A stretch of 64,000 nucleotides of DNA from Candidatus Latescibacterota bacterium (GTDB lineage Bacteria; Latescibacterota; UBA2968; GCA-2709665). The translations under genes were made by a program, and so were the position numbers. This document shows, one piece after another, positions 20,040 through 31,098 of this stretch. Under the pieces are notes generated by a model that worked only from the letters and a program-made list of their open reading frames with translations, did not search any database and had not been told where the DNA came from. The stretch covers positions 320,001 to 384,000 of the forward strand of contig OZ241917.1 of NCBI GenBank assembly GCA_965203805.1. Direction: 5' to 3'. The stretch's first letter is position 1. Each line of letters opens with the position of its first letter.

Positions 20040-21911
20040 TTAGAACAGGGCCGAGTCGACGCTGAGTGCGTGGTTCGGGGTGGAGACGGTGATCCGGCCG
20101 TCGGCGTGTCGCAACGCCACTTCTGCCGTGTCGCAGCCAATGCCGAAGGCAACGGCGAACCTGGCGCGTCCGGGTTTCAACTCTGTCTCCATCTTGAGAT
20201 ATCCGACCTCCAGACTCTCGGCGTCGCCGTGCCCGGGTTTCAGATCCCGGTGCCTTCCTGTCGCGAATACGGCGTCCGAAGGGGTCAGCAGCCGGGCGTT
20301 CACAACAGAATCTGCTGCCGCGATCAAGGCCGAAGAACCCGAAACCTGTGCCTTCCCGGAATAGTGAATTCGGGATTCCATTCGTGTCGTGTCCGTTACT
20401 TCGATCTCGTCGACGACGATAAAAAGCGCGGGTCGCAGGAAGACGTAATGACGGACAAAGACCGGCAGTTTGTCGATTCCGTAAGCCGGGGCAATGGAAG
20501 CCTGGAGGTAATCGTGTGCGCCGGTAAATTCGACCTTCTCCACGGTTCCGACGAGGCGTCGTTCATCGGGTTGACCCTGCCCGTCGAAAAGCGGCAGATT
20601 GTGACCGTGGGTCGATTTGAAGATCCATTCGCCGGGGTCCCCGTAGCGCCCGATGCCCAGTTCGCGCACGACGGTCCTTTGACCGGCGTGGATTATATAG
20701 TTACCGACGTCGGCGTGGCCGTGCGGCTCGACCGTCGCGCCGATCTTCAGCGCCAGGACCGGGGCGTCGGGATCCTCCCATGACCCTCGCATGACGCACC
20801 AGCCGGCATCGGGAAAGTAGGCCGATGGGTGGGGAGGGGCGGGGAGTTCCGAGACGGTCCCGGACGCGTCCCAGAGAAGCTCCGCCAGTTTGATGGACGG
20901 CCGGCGATCGGTTGTGAGCCGGTCGAAGAACGCCGCGGCACGGTGGTCAAATTCCATCGCGAATTTGCGGAAGGCCATCCCCTCGGGGAAGTGTTTGCCG
21001 CAGTCCGCGAAATTGACCACACGGTCGGGCGGGAGAAAGCAGTTGATGGGAAAGTCGACCGTTTTTTCGAGTTTGGGATGATCGTAGAGGTTGACTTGCC
21101 CGCGGGTGAGCCGCCTGAGTGCGTCGGAGAAGGGAAAGGATGTACTGATGCCGTAATTCCAGTATCCCGGACCCTCTTTCCAGGAGCCGTCGTTCTGAAT
21201 GGCGTCGTAGAATTTCGTGACGCGTTCGACGCACTCCCGAACAACGCCGAGCATGGCTTCGCGAGGGTGAATTCCCGTCCGAAGATGGACGTGCTTTGCG
21301 TCGAGCAGCGCCAGGGCGCACAGGCCCATGTTGGAGACGCACACGGAACACCAGTTGCTGTCGTATCTCGACGCCCAGAAGTGGTGTTGCATGCCCCCGA
21401 TGCAATGGCCCAGTCCGCGCGCGAAGATCATGAATTCGAGCTCGCGGCGCTGATTTTCGGAAAGCGCATCGTAGAGCAGGTCGTACGCGGCCGCGAAACT
21501 GGTACAGGTATGGCTGCCGTCCAGATCCAGAAGCATGAATTCGTGGACCGGGTGGACCCACGAAGGCCAGCTCATGATTGAAGCGAGCCCTTCCCAGGCC
21601 TTTTCGAAGTAGGCCGGATTCCGGTCGACCGTATAGGCCAGTACATAGTCTTCCAGGAGGTTCCGGGCCTCGGCGGACAGCCGGCTGTATGATTCCCAGA
21701 CGCCGTTCCGGTAGCTTTCCTCTCTGGGCGGCGGCACGGGAAACGGTTGATCCAGTCGGGCGTCGAGTCGCTCGCGCGTCTGTGTGTAAACCTCTGCGTG
21801 GGAACCGTCCAGGCAGCGTTCGCGAATGCTGTCGAGGTCGGAAGGTGAGAAGAAGAGGTAGGGATGTTCCAGCGTTTCGGGAATGAGACGGTCGACGTCG
21901 GGAACGGTCAT
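20040..21911 (-). CDS. Heparinase II/III-like protein (oligo-alginate/GAG lyase-like)
   Basis: HPYLFF, AAYDLLYD, SNW, DGSWKEGPGYWNYG, NFAD, HGHADVG and HNLPLFDG motifs; no signal peptide. Confidence 0.8.
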   Translation of the reverse strand: MTVPDVDRLIPETLEHPYLFFSPSDLDSIRERCLDGSHAEVYTQTRERLDARLDQPFPVPPPREESYRNGVWESYSRLSAEARNLLEDYVLAYTVDRNPAYFEKAWEGLASIMSWPSWVHPVHEFMLLDLDGSHTCTSFAAAYDLLYDALSENQRRELEFMIFARGLGHCIGGMQHHFWASRYDSNWCSVCVSNMGLCALALLDAKHVHLRTGIHPREAMLGVVRECVERVTKFYDAIQNDGSWKEGPGYWNYGISTSFPFSDALRRLTRGQVNLYDHPKLEKTVDFPINCFLPPDRVVNFADCGKHFPEGMAFRKFAMEFDHRAAAFFDRLTTDRRPSIKLAELLWDASGTVSELPAPPHPSAYFPDAGWCVMRGSWEDPDAPVLALKIGATVEPHGHADVGNYIIHAGQRTVVRELGIGRYGDPGEWIFKSTHGHNLPLFDGQGQPDERRLVGTVEKVEFTGAHDYLQASIAPAYGIDKLPVFVRHYVFLRPALFIVVDEIEVTDTTRMESRIHYSGKAQVSGSSALIAAADSVVNARLLTPSDAVFATGRHRDLKPGHGDAESLEVGYLKMETELKPGRARFAVAFGIGCDTAEVALRHADGRITVSTPNHALSVDSALF

Positions 21912-22001
21912 TGAAGCTCCTGAATGCCGGGAACCGGACAAGAACCCGGGGGCGCCGCCAGCTCCGGGTCCGGCGTTTCACTCTTCGCGGTTTCGTGCGC
22001 C

Positions 22002-22030
22002 AATATAGCGATCGGGCAGTTGGGGGTCAA
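22002..22030 (-). promoter_or_regulatory. Putative sigma70 promoter for the heparinase-xth-aldolase-heparinase run
   Basis: Minus strand TTGACC-17 nt-TATATT. Confidence 0.6.
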
Positions 22031-22117
22031 GGAGATGTGTTGGAGGGAAGGGTGTTCCGTCGCGGAAAAAGGTTGCCCGAACGATGAGATATTTCAGGGA
22101 CAGGGCACATTCGTCCG

Positions 22118-22993
22118 CTAGGCGAGCTTGCGGGCCAGCAGAACGCGTTCCGTTCCCGTCAGGTCGGGGACAGTCCGTTCATGGCTGAGTCCGGGGGCAT
22201 CCGCCAGCAGGTCTGCCGCGCGCGCCGCAGCCCCGCCGGCCACTTCGAGAGCCAGCCAGCCGCCCTTGCAGAGGAGCGCCGGCGCCCGCGCGATGATCGA
22301 GCGGTGGAAGGCCAGCCCGTCCGGGCCGCCGTCAAGTGCGAGCGGCGGGTCGAAGCATCGGACTTCGGGCTGAAGGGTCCGCATGTCGCGGGATGCGACG
22401 TACGGTGGGTTTGAGACAATCGCGTGGAATACGGCCCGGGTTCGGAACGCGGAAAGGAGGTCTGCACAGACGAAGGCGATCCGGCGCCCGACGGCATTGC
22501 GGCGGGCGTTTCGGACAGCAAGGCGCAGGGCTTTCGGGGAAACGTCTGCGGCCACGAGGCGGCTTCGCGGCAGTGCATGCGCGAGCGCGACGGCGATGGG
22601 ACCGGCGCCGGTGCCAATATCCAGAATGCGTGCTCCGGTGCCGGCATCCAGGCAATCGACAAGCGTTTCTATCAGAATTTCGGTTTCGGGCCGGGGAATG
22701 AGCGCGTCAGGGCCGACGTGAAACGGCAGGGAGAAGAATTCGGTCTCGCCCAGCAGGTGCTGCAGCGGCACACGCATGCGCCGTCGGCGAACATGGTCAT
22801 GAAGGCGTGTATGCTGACCCGGTGTCAGCCGGGCGCGCGCATTCGCGTAGATGCCGGATCGGCCGGTCTTCAGAACCGCGGCGAGCAGCCACTCGGCGTC
22901 CGCGCGAGGATCCGGCACACCGGCCTCCGCCAGGCTGCGCTCCACGCTGGCGAGGACGTCGGAGATGGTAGGCGGCGTGATACGTTCGGCCAT
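22118..22993 (-). CDS. prmC: Release factor glutamine N5-methyltransferase
   Basis: LIPRPETE, LDIGTGAG, SNPPY and ALDGGPDGL motifs; follows prfA. Confidence 0.93.
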   Translation of the reverse strand: MAERITPPTISDVLASVERSLAEAGVPDPRADAEWLLAAVLKTGRSGIYANARARLTPGQHTRLHDHVRRRRMRVPLQHLLGETEFFSLPFHVGPDALIPRPETEILIETLVDCLDAGTGARILDIGTGAGPIAVALAHALPRSRLVAADVSPKALRLAVRNARRNAVGRRIAFVCADLLSAFRTRAVFHAIVSNPPYVASRDMRTLQPEVRCFDPPLALDGGPDGLAFHRSIIARAPALLCKGGWLALEVAGGAAARAADLLADAPGLSHERTVPDLTGTERVLLARKLA

Positions 22994-23028
22994 GTTCTTC
23001 CCGTCGAAGCCCCCGGACCGGGCCGGCA

Positions 23029-24117
23029 TCAGGAGGAAATGGCGGTATTCTGTTCGATGTCTTTGATTTTTTCGGTATGGTCGGCCAGGCGCAGGGCGTT
23101 GATGATCTCGTCCAGGTCGCCCCCGAGCGTCTCTTCGAGCTTGTGCAATGTCAGCTTGATCCGGTGGTCGGTCACCCGGCCCTGGGGAAAATTGTAGGTG
23201 CGGATCTTTGCGCTGCGGTCCCCGGTGCCCACCTGAGCCCGCCGGTTTCGTGACGTGGTGTCCCGCTGCTCCTGCACGGCGCGGTCCAGGAGCCGGGCGC
23301 GTAGGACCTTGATCGCTTTGGCCTTGTTCTTGTGCTGGGACTTCTCGTCCTGGCACTGTACGATCAGGCCGGTGGGCAGGTGCGTAATACGGACGGCGGA
23401 ATCTGTCGTATTGACGCTCTGGCCTCCCGGCCCCGAGGAACGGTAGACGTCGACGCGTATCTCTTCCGGATTGATTGCGATATCCACTTCTTCCGCCTCC
23501 GGAAGGACAGCAACCGTGGAAGTGGACGTGTGGATGCGCCCGCTGGATTCGGTCTCGGGAATCCGCTGCACCCGGTGGACGCCGCTTTCGTACTTCAGAT
23601 TGCCGTAGACGTCGTTTCCGCCAACCGAGAAGATGACCTCCTTGAACCCGCCGATGCCCGTCGGGTTGGCGCTGAGGAGTTCGGCTCGCCACCCCTTCGA
23701 TTCGGAGTAGCGGGTGTACATCCTGTACAGGTCGGCGGCAAACAGGGCCGCCTCGTCGCCCCCGGCGCCGGCGCGAATCTCCACGATCGTGTTTTTGCTG
23801 TCATTGGGGTCCCTGGGGATCAGGAGGAATTGAAGCCTCCCGGAGAGTCTGGCTTCATCCTGCTCGAGTTCGGCGTGTTCCTCCCGGGCGATTTCAACAA
23901 GCTCGGCGTCGTTCGAGTCGCGGATGATTTCTCCTGCTTCCTCCAGGTTCGCCGCGACTTGCCGGTATTCGCGATAGGTGTTGACGATTTCTTCCAGGCC
24001 GCGAAACGTCATCGTGAGTTCCCTGAATCTGTTGGGATTGGCAGCAACTTCGGGCCGCGCCATTTCCGCACGGATCTCATCGAAACGTTTTTCCACGTCA
24101 GACAGTTGACCGAACAT
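23029..24117 (-). CDS. prfA: Peptide chain release factor 1
   Basis: [16 protein letters not shown] (PxT anticodon motif), GPGGQSVN and IRTYNFPQ. Confidence 0.97.
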   Translation of the reverse strand: MFGQLSDVEKRFDEIRAEMARPEVAANPNRFRELTMTFRGLEEIVNTYREYRQVAANLEEAGEIIRDSNDAELVEIAREEHAELEQDEARLSGRLQFLLIPRDPNDSKNTIVEIRAGAGGDEAALFAADLYRMYTRYSESKGWRAELLSANPTGIGGFKEVIFSVGGNDVYGNLKYESGVHRVQRIPETESSGRIHTSTSTVAVLPEAEEVDIAINPEEIRVDVYRSSGPGGQSVNTTDSAVRITHLPTGLIVQCQDEKSQHKNKAKAIKVLRARLLDRAVQEQRDTTSRNRRAQVGTGDRSAKIRTYNFPQGRVTDHRIKLTLHKLEETLGGDLDEIINALRLADHTEKIKDIEQNTAISS

Positions 24118-24168
24118 GCAACTCCCTCGTCTGTTTTACATACGGCAGGGCTGCAACCTCACGACTGA

Positions 24169-24229
24169 AAATAAAAAAGGCGAAGCGGTACGCGCGTCCA
24201 CCGGCGGGTGGACGTTGCCGTTTCACCTG
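24169..24229 (-). terminator. Intrinsic terminator-like hairpin after rpmE
   Basis: Minus strand AGGTGAAACGGCAACGTCCACC-cgcc-GGTGGACG...CCGCTTCGCCT followed by TTTTTATTTT. Confidence 0.65.
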
Positions 24230-24250
24230 GTTCTCCAAAAACACGGATTG

Positions 24251-24508
24251 CTAATCCACGGCGGCTTCCGGCGCTTTCGTGGATTCCGGTTCCTCGCCTG
24301 CTTCCGCGTCGTTTATATTGTACCGCCGCCGGTATCGCTCCACCATACCCGCGGTGTCCACCAGTCGCTGCTTGCCCGTGTAAAACGGATGACATCTGGA
24401 GCAGATGTCCACCCGAAGGCCGGGCACGGTCGCCTGGGTCGTCAGCGTATTTCCACAGGCGCAGGTGATGGTGGTTTCGACGTAATCGGGATGAATATTC
24501 GGTTTCAC
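24251..24508 (-). CDS. rpmE: 50S ribosomal protein L31 (zinc-binding C+ type)
   Basis: [27 protein letters not shown]. Confidence 0.96.
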   Translation of the reverse strand: MKPNIHPDYVETTITCACGNTLTTQATVPGLRVDICSRCHPFYTGKQRLVDTAGMVERYRRRYNINDAEAGEEPESTKAPEAAVD

Positions 24509-24559
24509 CGGGTAAGCGTCCTCTGATTCGTAGAAGTCGAAGATGAACTCGAAAATCCA

Positions 24560-24588
24560 AATATATATAAATCAGAATCGGTACGCAA
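24560..24588 (-). promoter_or_regulatory. Putative sigma70 promoter for rpmE
   Basis: Minus strand TTGCGT-17 nt-TATATT in an AT-rich patch. Confidence 0.55.
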
Positions 24589-24679
24589 GATTTTAACCCT
24601 CTAGCGGCGCCGCCGTATTGCAGGCGGCGGCCTTCCGCGGATGCGATCCGCCCGGCGGGAAGGCGCCGGACGGACGGCT

Positions 24680-25987
<1,308 letters not shown>

Positions 25988-26217
25988 TGGCGGATCCAAT
26001 TTGCTGAAGTTGCCGACTCTGGGATACGGACGGTTGATCTCTCGGGGATTCCGGCCGGATTCGGCCCGCCGGAGAGACCGGCGGAAATATGGATCGGATT
26101 TGTCTGACAAATGGAGGCGGATCGAGGAAGTCCGGGTAACCAGGGATGCCTGAAGCGAGGAGCCGTCTGGTTGTGTGCGATGAAAAAGTGGGAAGGAAGT
26201 TGAGGAATACCACCGAA

Positions 26218-26246
26218 AAAGTAAACCAAGACGTGAGCATTGTCAA
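26218..26246 (-). promoter_or_regulatory. Putative sigma70 promoter for rho
   Basis: Minus strand TTGACA-17 nt-TACTTT preceded by an A-rich UP-like tract. Confidence 0.6.
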
Positions 26247-26709
26247 GTTTTTTCTTTATTTTTTCTAAAGATAGAGAAAATGACACCCGATTGTCACCCG
26301 GGATCGTACCCTTGTTGGAGCGACCGAAACGGACCCGAAAACAGCCGGGCCGTACGACGCCGTTTGCGTTCTTCGCCTCCGGGGCTCCCGGATTCCACGC
26401 ATGGCCGTGTCGTACAGGGAGCGTTCGTCTTCGAGGTCGAAACCGACGAGGACCAGATTCAGACGTCCTGTGTCTGAATCGCCATACGCGTGAAAGCCAA
26501 TTCGCGTTTTAACTCGTTCCTGCCGAGCAAGTTGTGCGCATTAACCGTGGCGCCGGACCGGGCGGGCTCATTCGGTGGCGCCCGGCCGGGTCATCGGTCG
26601 GACCGGGCCGTTCTGACGGAGAATCGGTCTTGCCTTTTGGGGATGGGATTCATAGGTTACCATCCCGTTGTTAAAGTCGATCCGGGCTGCGTCCGACCGG
26701 AGAGCCGTC

Positions 26710-27783
26710 ATGTCGAAGTCTGCCGTCGATTACAGCATCGAGTTGCTGGAGGGCCTGAACGAAGGCGTCATTGCGTTCGATCGGGATCGCTGTGCCGTTT
26801 TGGCCAACGGGGCGTCGATTCTCCTGCTGGGACTGGCGGGGCGCGACGTGATCGGCCGCGGCGCCGGCGAGCTGTTTGACGGACGCCCCGAACTGCTGGA
26901 GATTCTGGAGGCCGGATTTGCAGGTCGTCTGTGCCGTGAACCGAAAGACGTTATATTGCAACGGGAAGAGGGTGGCATGCGTCGTTTGGGCGCGACCACG
27001 TCGTATCTGAAACGGGGTGCGGAACAGGGTGTGGTCCTGGTCGTGCAGGACGTTTCGGCCCTGAAGCGGATGGAGTGGGGGATGTACCAGGAGGAAAAGA
27101 TGAGCGCGCTGGGACGCCTGGCCGCATCCGTTGCCCACGAGGTCCGGAACCCGCTGGGCGCGGTGGACATTCAGCTGCAGCTTTTGGAAGACGACCTGAA
27201 GGCCGTGGAAGAGGGACTGAGGGGCCGTGTCTATCGCAGGCTGAATATTGCGCAGATGGAAATGAAGCGGCTTGACCGGATAGTACACAATTTCCTGAGA
27301 TTTACCAGAACCCCGAGGCTGGATCTGCAGCGGATAAGTCTCAACAACGTGGTGCAACACGTTTTCGACCTGGTCTCACCCGAGGCTCGCGAACGGGGCA
27401 TTCGGCTGAATCTGGATCTCCTTGACGGTCTTCCCGCGGTGGATGGAGATGAAAGCCAGCTGGGTCAGGCTGTCCTGAACATGACGGTAAATGCGTTCCA
27501 GGCCATGACCTCGGGCGGGGAACTCTCCGCGCGAACCCGGGTGGATTCCGACGGCAGCCAGGTCTGCCTCTCGATTTCGGATACCGGATGCGGGATTCCT
27601 GACGAGGAAATCGATCGGATATTCGAGTTCTATTATACAACTCGCGATGAAGGAACCGGACTGGGGCTCTCCATCGCCCAGCAGATCATCTATCAGCATC
27701 GGGGCCACGTCGAGGTGGAGAGCGAAGCGGGTAAGGGAGCCGTTTTCAGGGTTCATTTGCCCACCCCCGAACCCCGGCGTTAG
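26710..27783 (+). CDS. Cytoplasmic PAS-domain sensor histidine kinase (NtrB/AtoS-like)
   Basis: PAS-like N-terminus, H-box AHEVRNPL, N-box NAFQA, DTGCGI and GTGLGL; no TM segment. Confidence 0.9.
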   Translation: MSKSAVDYSIELLEGLNEGVIAFDRDRCAVLANGASILLLGLAGRDVIGRGAGELFDGRPELLEILEAGFAGRLCREPKDVILQREEGGMRRLGATTSYLKRGAEQGVVLVVQDVSALKRMEWGMYQEEKMSALGRLAASVAHEVRNPLGAVDIQLQLLEDDLKAVEEGLRGRVYRRLNIAQMEMKRLDRIVHNFLRFTRTPRLDLQRISLNNVVQHVFDLVSPEARERGIRLNLDLLDGLPAVDGDESQLGQAVLNMTVNAFQAMTSGGELSARTRVDSDGSQVCLSISDTGCGIPDEEIDRIFEFYYTTRDEGTGLGLSIAQQIIYQHRGHVEVESEAGKGAVFRVHLPTPEPRR

Positions 27784-27874
27784 CGGTCCGGCGCCGGGGG
27801 GAAGTTACCGATTCGCGCCAATCCCGGGGTCGGCCGCACGCGACCCGATATAACGGGCACGTGGACGGATAGAC

Positions 27875-29236
27875 ATGGAAACGAAAGATATCAACATCTT
27901 TGTTGCCGACGACGAATACCATATATGCGAGGGGCTCAAAGAGTCCTTGACAAACGTGGGGTATTCGGTCGACGTCGCGTATGATGGCATGGAGGCGTCC
28001 GAACGTCTGAGCGCGCGGGTCTACCATGCGGCCATTCTGGATCTCAAGATGCCGGGAACAGACGGGATTGCCCTGTTAAAGCGTCTGAAGAAAACGAGCC
28101 CCGATACCGGCGTCATCATGATTACCGCCTTTGGTGAGGTCTCCACGGCCGTCGATGCCATGCGCCTGGGCGCGTACGATTACCTGGCGAAGCCGGTGGA
28201 TCTCAAACGTCTGCACCTCTCCCTGCAGCATCTCCTCGAGCATCAGGCTCTGGTCGCCGAAAACAAGGAACTTCGGGCCTGGCTGGGATCGACGGAGGCT
28301 TTCGGAGAGATCGTCAACCGGAGTCCGGTCATGCAGCAGGTCTGCGACACGCTGGCGCAGGCCGCAATAACCGATGTGCCCGTACTGGTGATGGGCGATA
28401 CCGGTACGGGCAAAGAGCTTGTGGCCCGGGCCATCCACCAGCGAAGCAACCGCCGCGAGGGTCCCCTTGTGGCCGTGAATTGCGGCGCCGTTCCGGAAAC
28501 GTTGTTCGAACGTGAGTTGTTCGGCCATATTAGGGGTGCGTTTACGGGCGCTCACGCGGACACGCCGGGCCGGTTCGCCGCTGCGGAAGGCGGCACGCTG
28601 TTCCTGGATGAGGTCGGTGAGATTCCACTGGCCAACCAGGTGGACCTCCTGCGGGTTCTGGAGGAGAAGGTGTACACCCCGGTCGGCAGCAGCGTGTCCA
28701 CAAAGGCCGATGTGCGGATCATATTCGCCACGAACAGAGATCTGGATCAGGAAGTGATGGAAGGTCGATTTCGGGAAGATCTGTATTACAGAATCAATGT
28801 CGTTCCCATTCGGCTTCCGCCGCTGAGTGACCGCAAGGAGGATATTCCGCTGCTTGTGGAGACCTTTCTGGATGAACTCTGTGCGTCACATCGCAAATCC
28901 AGGAAACGGTTTTCGCCGGAGGCGATGCGGATGATACTGGACTACGCCTGGCCGGGAAACGTCCGGGAGCTAAAGAACACCGTGGAACGGATCGTCGTGA
29001 CGTGTCCGGAGACAGAGGTCGGATCTCAGCGCCTCCCCCCGGGCGTCCGTGCGTCCGCTCCGGTTCCGAAGAATCTTGTCATTCCACTGAGTACCTCAAT
29101 AGAGGAAACGGAACGCCTTCTCATCGAAAACACGCTGGCGCACGTCACGTCCAATCGTCAGGAAGCCGCCCGTGTGCTGGGTATCAGCGTCCGGGCCCTG
29201 CATTACAAGATCAAGAAATACAGCCTCGGCTCCTGA
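27875..29236 (+). CDS. Sigma54-dependent response regulator (NtrC/AtoC family enhancer-binding protein)
   Basis: Receiver (ADDE, LDLKMP), Walker A GDTGTGKE, GAFTGA, FLDEVGE, WPGNVRELKN, Fis-type HTH. Confidence 0.95.
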   Translation: METKDINIFVADDEYHICEGLKESLTNVGYSVDVAYDGMEASERLSARVYHAAILDLKMPGTDGIALLKRLKKTSPDTGVIMITAFGEVSTAVDAMRLGAYDYLAKPVDLKRLHLSLQHLLEHQALVAENKELRAWLGSTEAFGEIVNRSPVMQQVCDTLAQAAITDVPVLVMGDTGTGKELVARAIHQRSNRREGPLVAVNCGAVPETLFERELFGHIRGAFTGAHADTPGRFAAAEGGTLFLDEVGEIPLANQVDLLRVLEEKVYTPVGSSVSTKADVRIIFATNRDLDQEVMEGRFREDLYYRINVVPIRLPPLSDRKEDIPLLVETFLDELCASHRKSRKRFSPEAMRMILDYAWPGNVRELKNTVERIVVTCPETEVGSQRLPPGVRASAPVPKNLVIPLSTSIEETERLLIENTLAHVTSNRQEAARVLGISVRALHYKIKKYSLGS

Positions 29237-29274
29237 CTGCGCATCCGGTTTATTCGCCGTCCCGGCCGCGGCTT

Positions 29275-29322
29275 GATGCAAAATTTGCGCAATCTGTCGG
29301 ATTTTCGGATGCAAAATTTGCG
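29275..29322. promoter_or_regulatory. Tandem upstream activator (enhancer) sites
   Basis: GATGCAAAATTTGCG occurs exactly at 29275-29289 and 29308-29322 (33-bp spacing); near-palindromic TGCA-N5-TGCG core. Confidence 0.7.
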
Positions 29323-29420
29323 TTAACATGCAGAGTGAGACAAATCTGTCGCGCCCGGCGATTGGTATCGTCGGGCGCAAGTTTTTTAATATTAATCATT
29401 TGTGTTTTTTGCGGGAAAAC

Positions 29421-29436
29421 TGGCATTAAAGTTGCT
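29421..29436 (+). promoter_or_regulatory. Sigma54 (-24/-12) promoter
   Basis: TGGCATTAAAGTTGCT matches TGGCAC-N5-TTGCW with exact GG-N10-GC spacing, about 100 bp downstream of the tandem sites and next to an activator gene. Confidence 0.85.
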
Positions 29437-29591
29437 TATATTTTTGGCGACCGTATCATTGGAATCGCTGATACGTTAGATTTTCGTCAAAACCGCGAAC
29501 TTTGCGGTGGTTATCACGGGTTCGACGTCACGAGGTGACGCACGGTTCAACCCGAACAGTCTGCAAAAATTGCACCTGCGTTCATACAAAC

Positions 29592-30140
29592 ATGGCGCTA
29601 TCGAAATTCTACTACAGCAGTGAGTGGGAAACGGACCTGAGCGGCGTGGTCGGCTTCCATCCGGCGACGATGGTCGCAAGCCTGGCGTCCCACGACCGGA
29701 TGGGTGCAATCAAGGCGCTTGTCGACCGGCTGCACGCATCGGGGTACGTGACCGACAGTCTGCGGTTCCTGCAGTCTGTTCTGGACAGAGAAGACCTCGA
29801 GAGCACCGCTGTCGGGAACGGGATTGCGTTTCCCCATGCCCGCTGCGGTTCCGCTGCGCATCTGGGTATGGCGCTGGGCATTTCTCCGGGCGGCGTGGAT
29901 TTTCACTCGGAGACGCACCCGGAGCCTGTTCGACTCATCTGCCTTGTGTCGGTACCCGGGGAGGGCGACATCAGATATCTGCCCCTTCTGGGCTATCTGT
30001 GCAGGCTGTTCCATGAAGATTTCACTGCAACGTTTCTCAAGTCCCGTTCGGCAGAGGACATGAATGGGCTGCTGATGCGGCAGATGCGCCTGCATGGTGC
30101 GATGCCGGACGCGCACAGGGCGCGCGTTTTGACGACGTGA
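29592..30140 (+). CDS. PTS EIIA (Fru/Ntr family) domain protein
   Basis: LDREDLESTAVGNGIAFPHAR carries the phospho-accepting His of EIIA-Ntr/Fru; no permease nearby. Confidence 0.85.
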   Translation: MALSKFYYSSEWETDLSGVVGFHPATMVASLASHDRMGAIKALVDRLHASGYVTDSLRFLQSVLDREDLESTAVGNGIAFPHARCGSAAHLGMALGISPGGVDFHSETHPEPVRLICLVSVPGEGDIRYLPLLGYLCRLFHEDFTATFLKSRSAEDMNGLLMRQMRLHGAMPDAHRARVLTT

Positions 30141-30178
30141 TTGCGGATTACGCACACTAATTTTCTGGAGGTCGGACC

Positions 30179-31030
30179 GTGGCTGGAATTATGATTCAGG
30201 ATAGCGAATCTCTGGACCTCTACCTCAGGGATATCGCTTCTTCGGAACCGCTGAACGCCGAGACCGAGATCGCGCTCGCGCACCGGATCCGGAAGGGAGA
30301 CCAGCGGGCCAGGGACAGGCTGGTTGCATCGAATCTCCGTTTCGTCGTCAGCGTCGCCAGGGAGTACCAGAACCATGGCGTGCCTTTGGCCGATCTCATC
30401 AGTGCGGGAAACATGGGTCTGATGACGGCCGCGGAACGGTTTGACGGGACGCGTGGGTTCAAGTTCATATCCTATGCGGTCTGGTGGATCCGCCAGGCCA
30501 TCCATCAAAGCCTAGCGCAGGATTCCCGCGTGGTGAGGTTACCCATTAACCGTATCGATCTGTTGCACAATATCGCGAAGGTGTCGCGAGAGATCCGGCA
30601 ATCTGAAGAGACCGATCCCGATCCTGAGACGATCGCCGAAAAGCTGGGCGTTTCGGTGGACATGGTTCAGGATACCCTCCTCAGGGCGCGGGACGTCTGG
30701 TCTCTTGATGCGTCGTTCAAGGACGATGACGATCACAGCCTGCTGCACATTCTGCCGGACAGCTCTCAGAAGGCGCCGGACCTGGAAGTGGTCGACGAGT
30801 CGGTCAAGGATCAGGTCAAGATGGTCCTTGAAACACTCGATGCACGTGAAGCAGAAGTGCTGCGGCTCTATTTCGGTTTGGGCGACGAGGAGGCAATGAC
30901 GCTGGAGGAGATCGGCACCAGGTTCAGCCTCACGCGGGAACGCGTCCGGCAGATAAAGGAAAAGGCCCTCCGTCGACTTCGCCATCCACGCCGGCGGCTG
31001 CAACTCGAGCCGTTGATGGAGTCGGCATAG
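30179..31030 (+). CDS. Sigma70-family RNA polymerase sigma factor (RpoD/RpoS-like, lacking region 1.1)
   Basis: SLDLYLRDI (1.2), NLRFVVSVA (2.1), FISYAVWWIRQ (2.3-2.4), TLEEIG..TRERVRQIKEKAL (4.2); GGAGG RBS before GTG. Confidence 0.93.
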   Translation: MAGIMIQDSESLDLYLRDIASSEPLNAETEIALAHRIRKGDQRARDRLVASNLRFVVSVAREYQNHGVPLADLISAGNMGLMTAAERFDGTRGFKFISYAVWWIRQAIHQSLAQDSRVVRLPINRIDLLHNIAKVSREIRQSEETDPDPETIAEKLGVSVDMVQDTLLRARDVWSLDASFKDDDDHSLLHILPDSSQKAPDLEVVDESVKDQVKMVLETLDAREAEVLRLYFGLGDEEAMTLEEIGTRFSLTRERVRQIKEKALRRLRHPRRRLQLEPLMESA

Positions 31031-31098
31031 GTTCCGGGCGTACGACGAGGCAGGTTCCCGGCCCGCGACCGGGTGGCGACAATGCCCGCGGTGGATTC

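Noticed and set aside
22118-23692. 524-aa ORF suggesting an N-terminally extended PrmC or a prfA-prmC frameshift fusion
   Set aside because: The extension is an alternate frame of prfA with low-complexity Arg/Pro content; a proper ATG exists at 22993 and no slippery site was seen.
26280-26700. Small ORFs in the rho / kinase intergenic region
   Set aside because: No RBS, no motifs and Arg/Pro/Gly-rich translations; more likely regulatory spacer.
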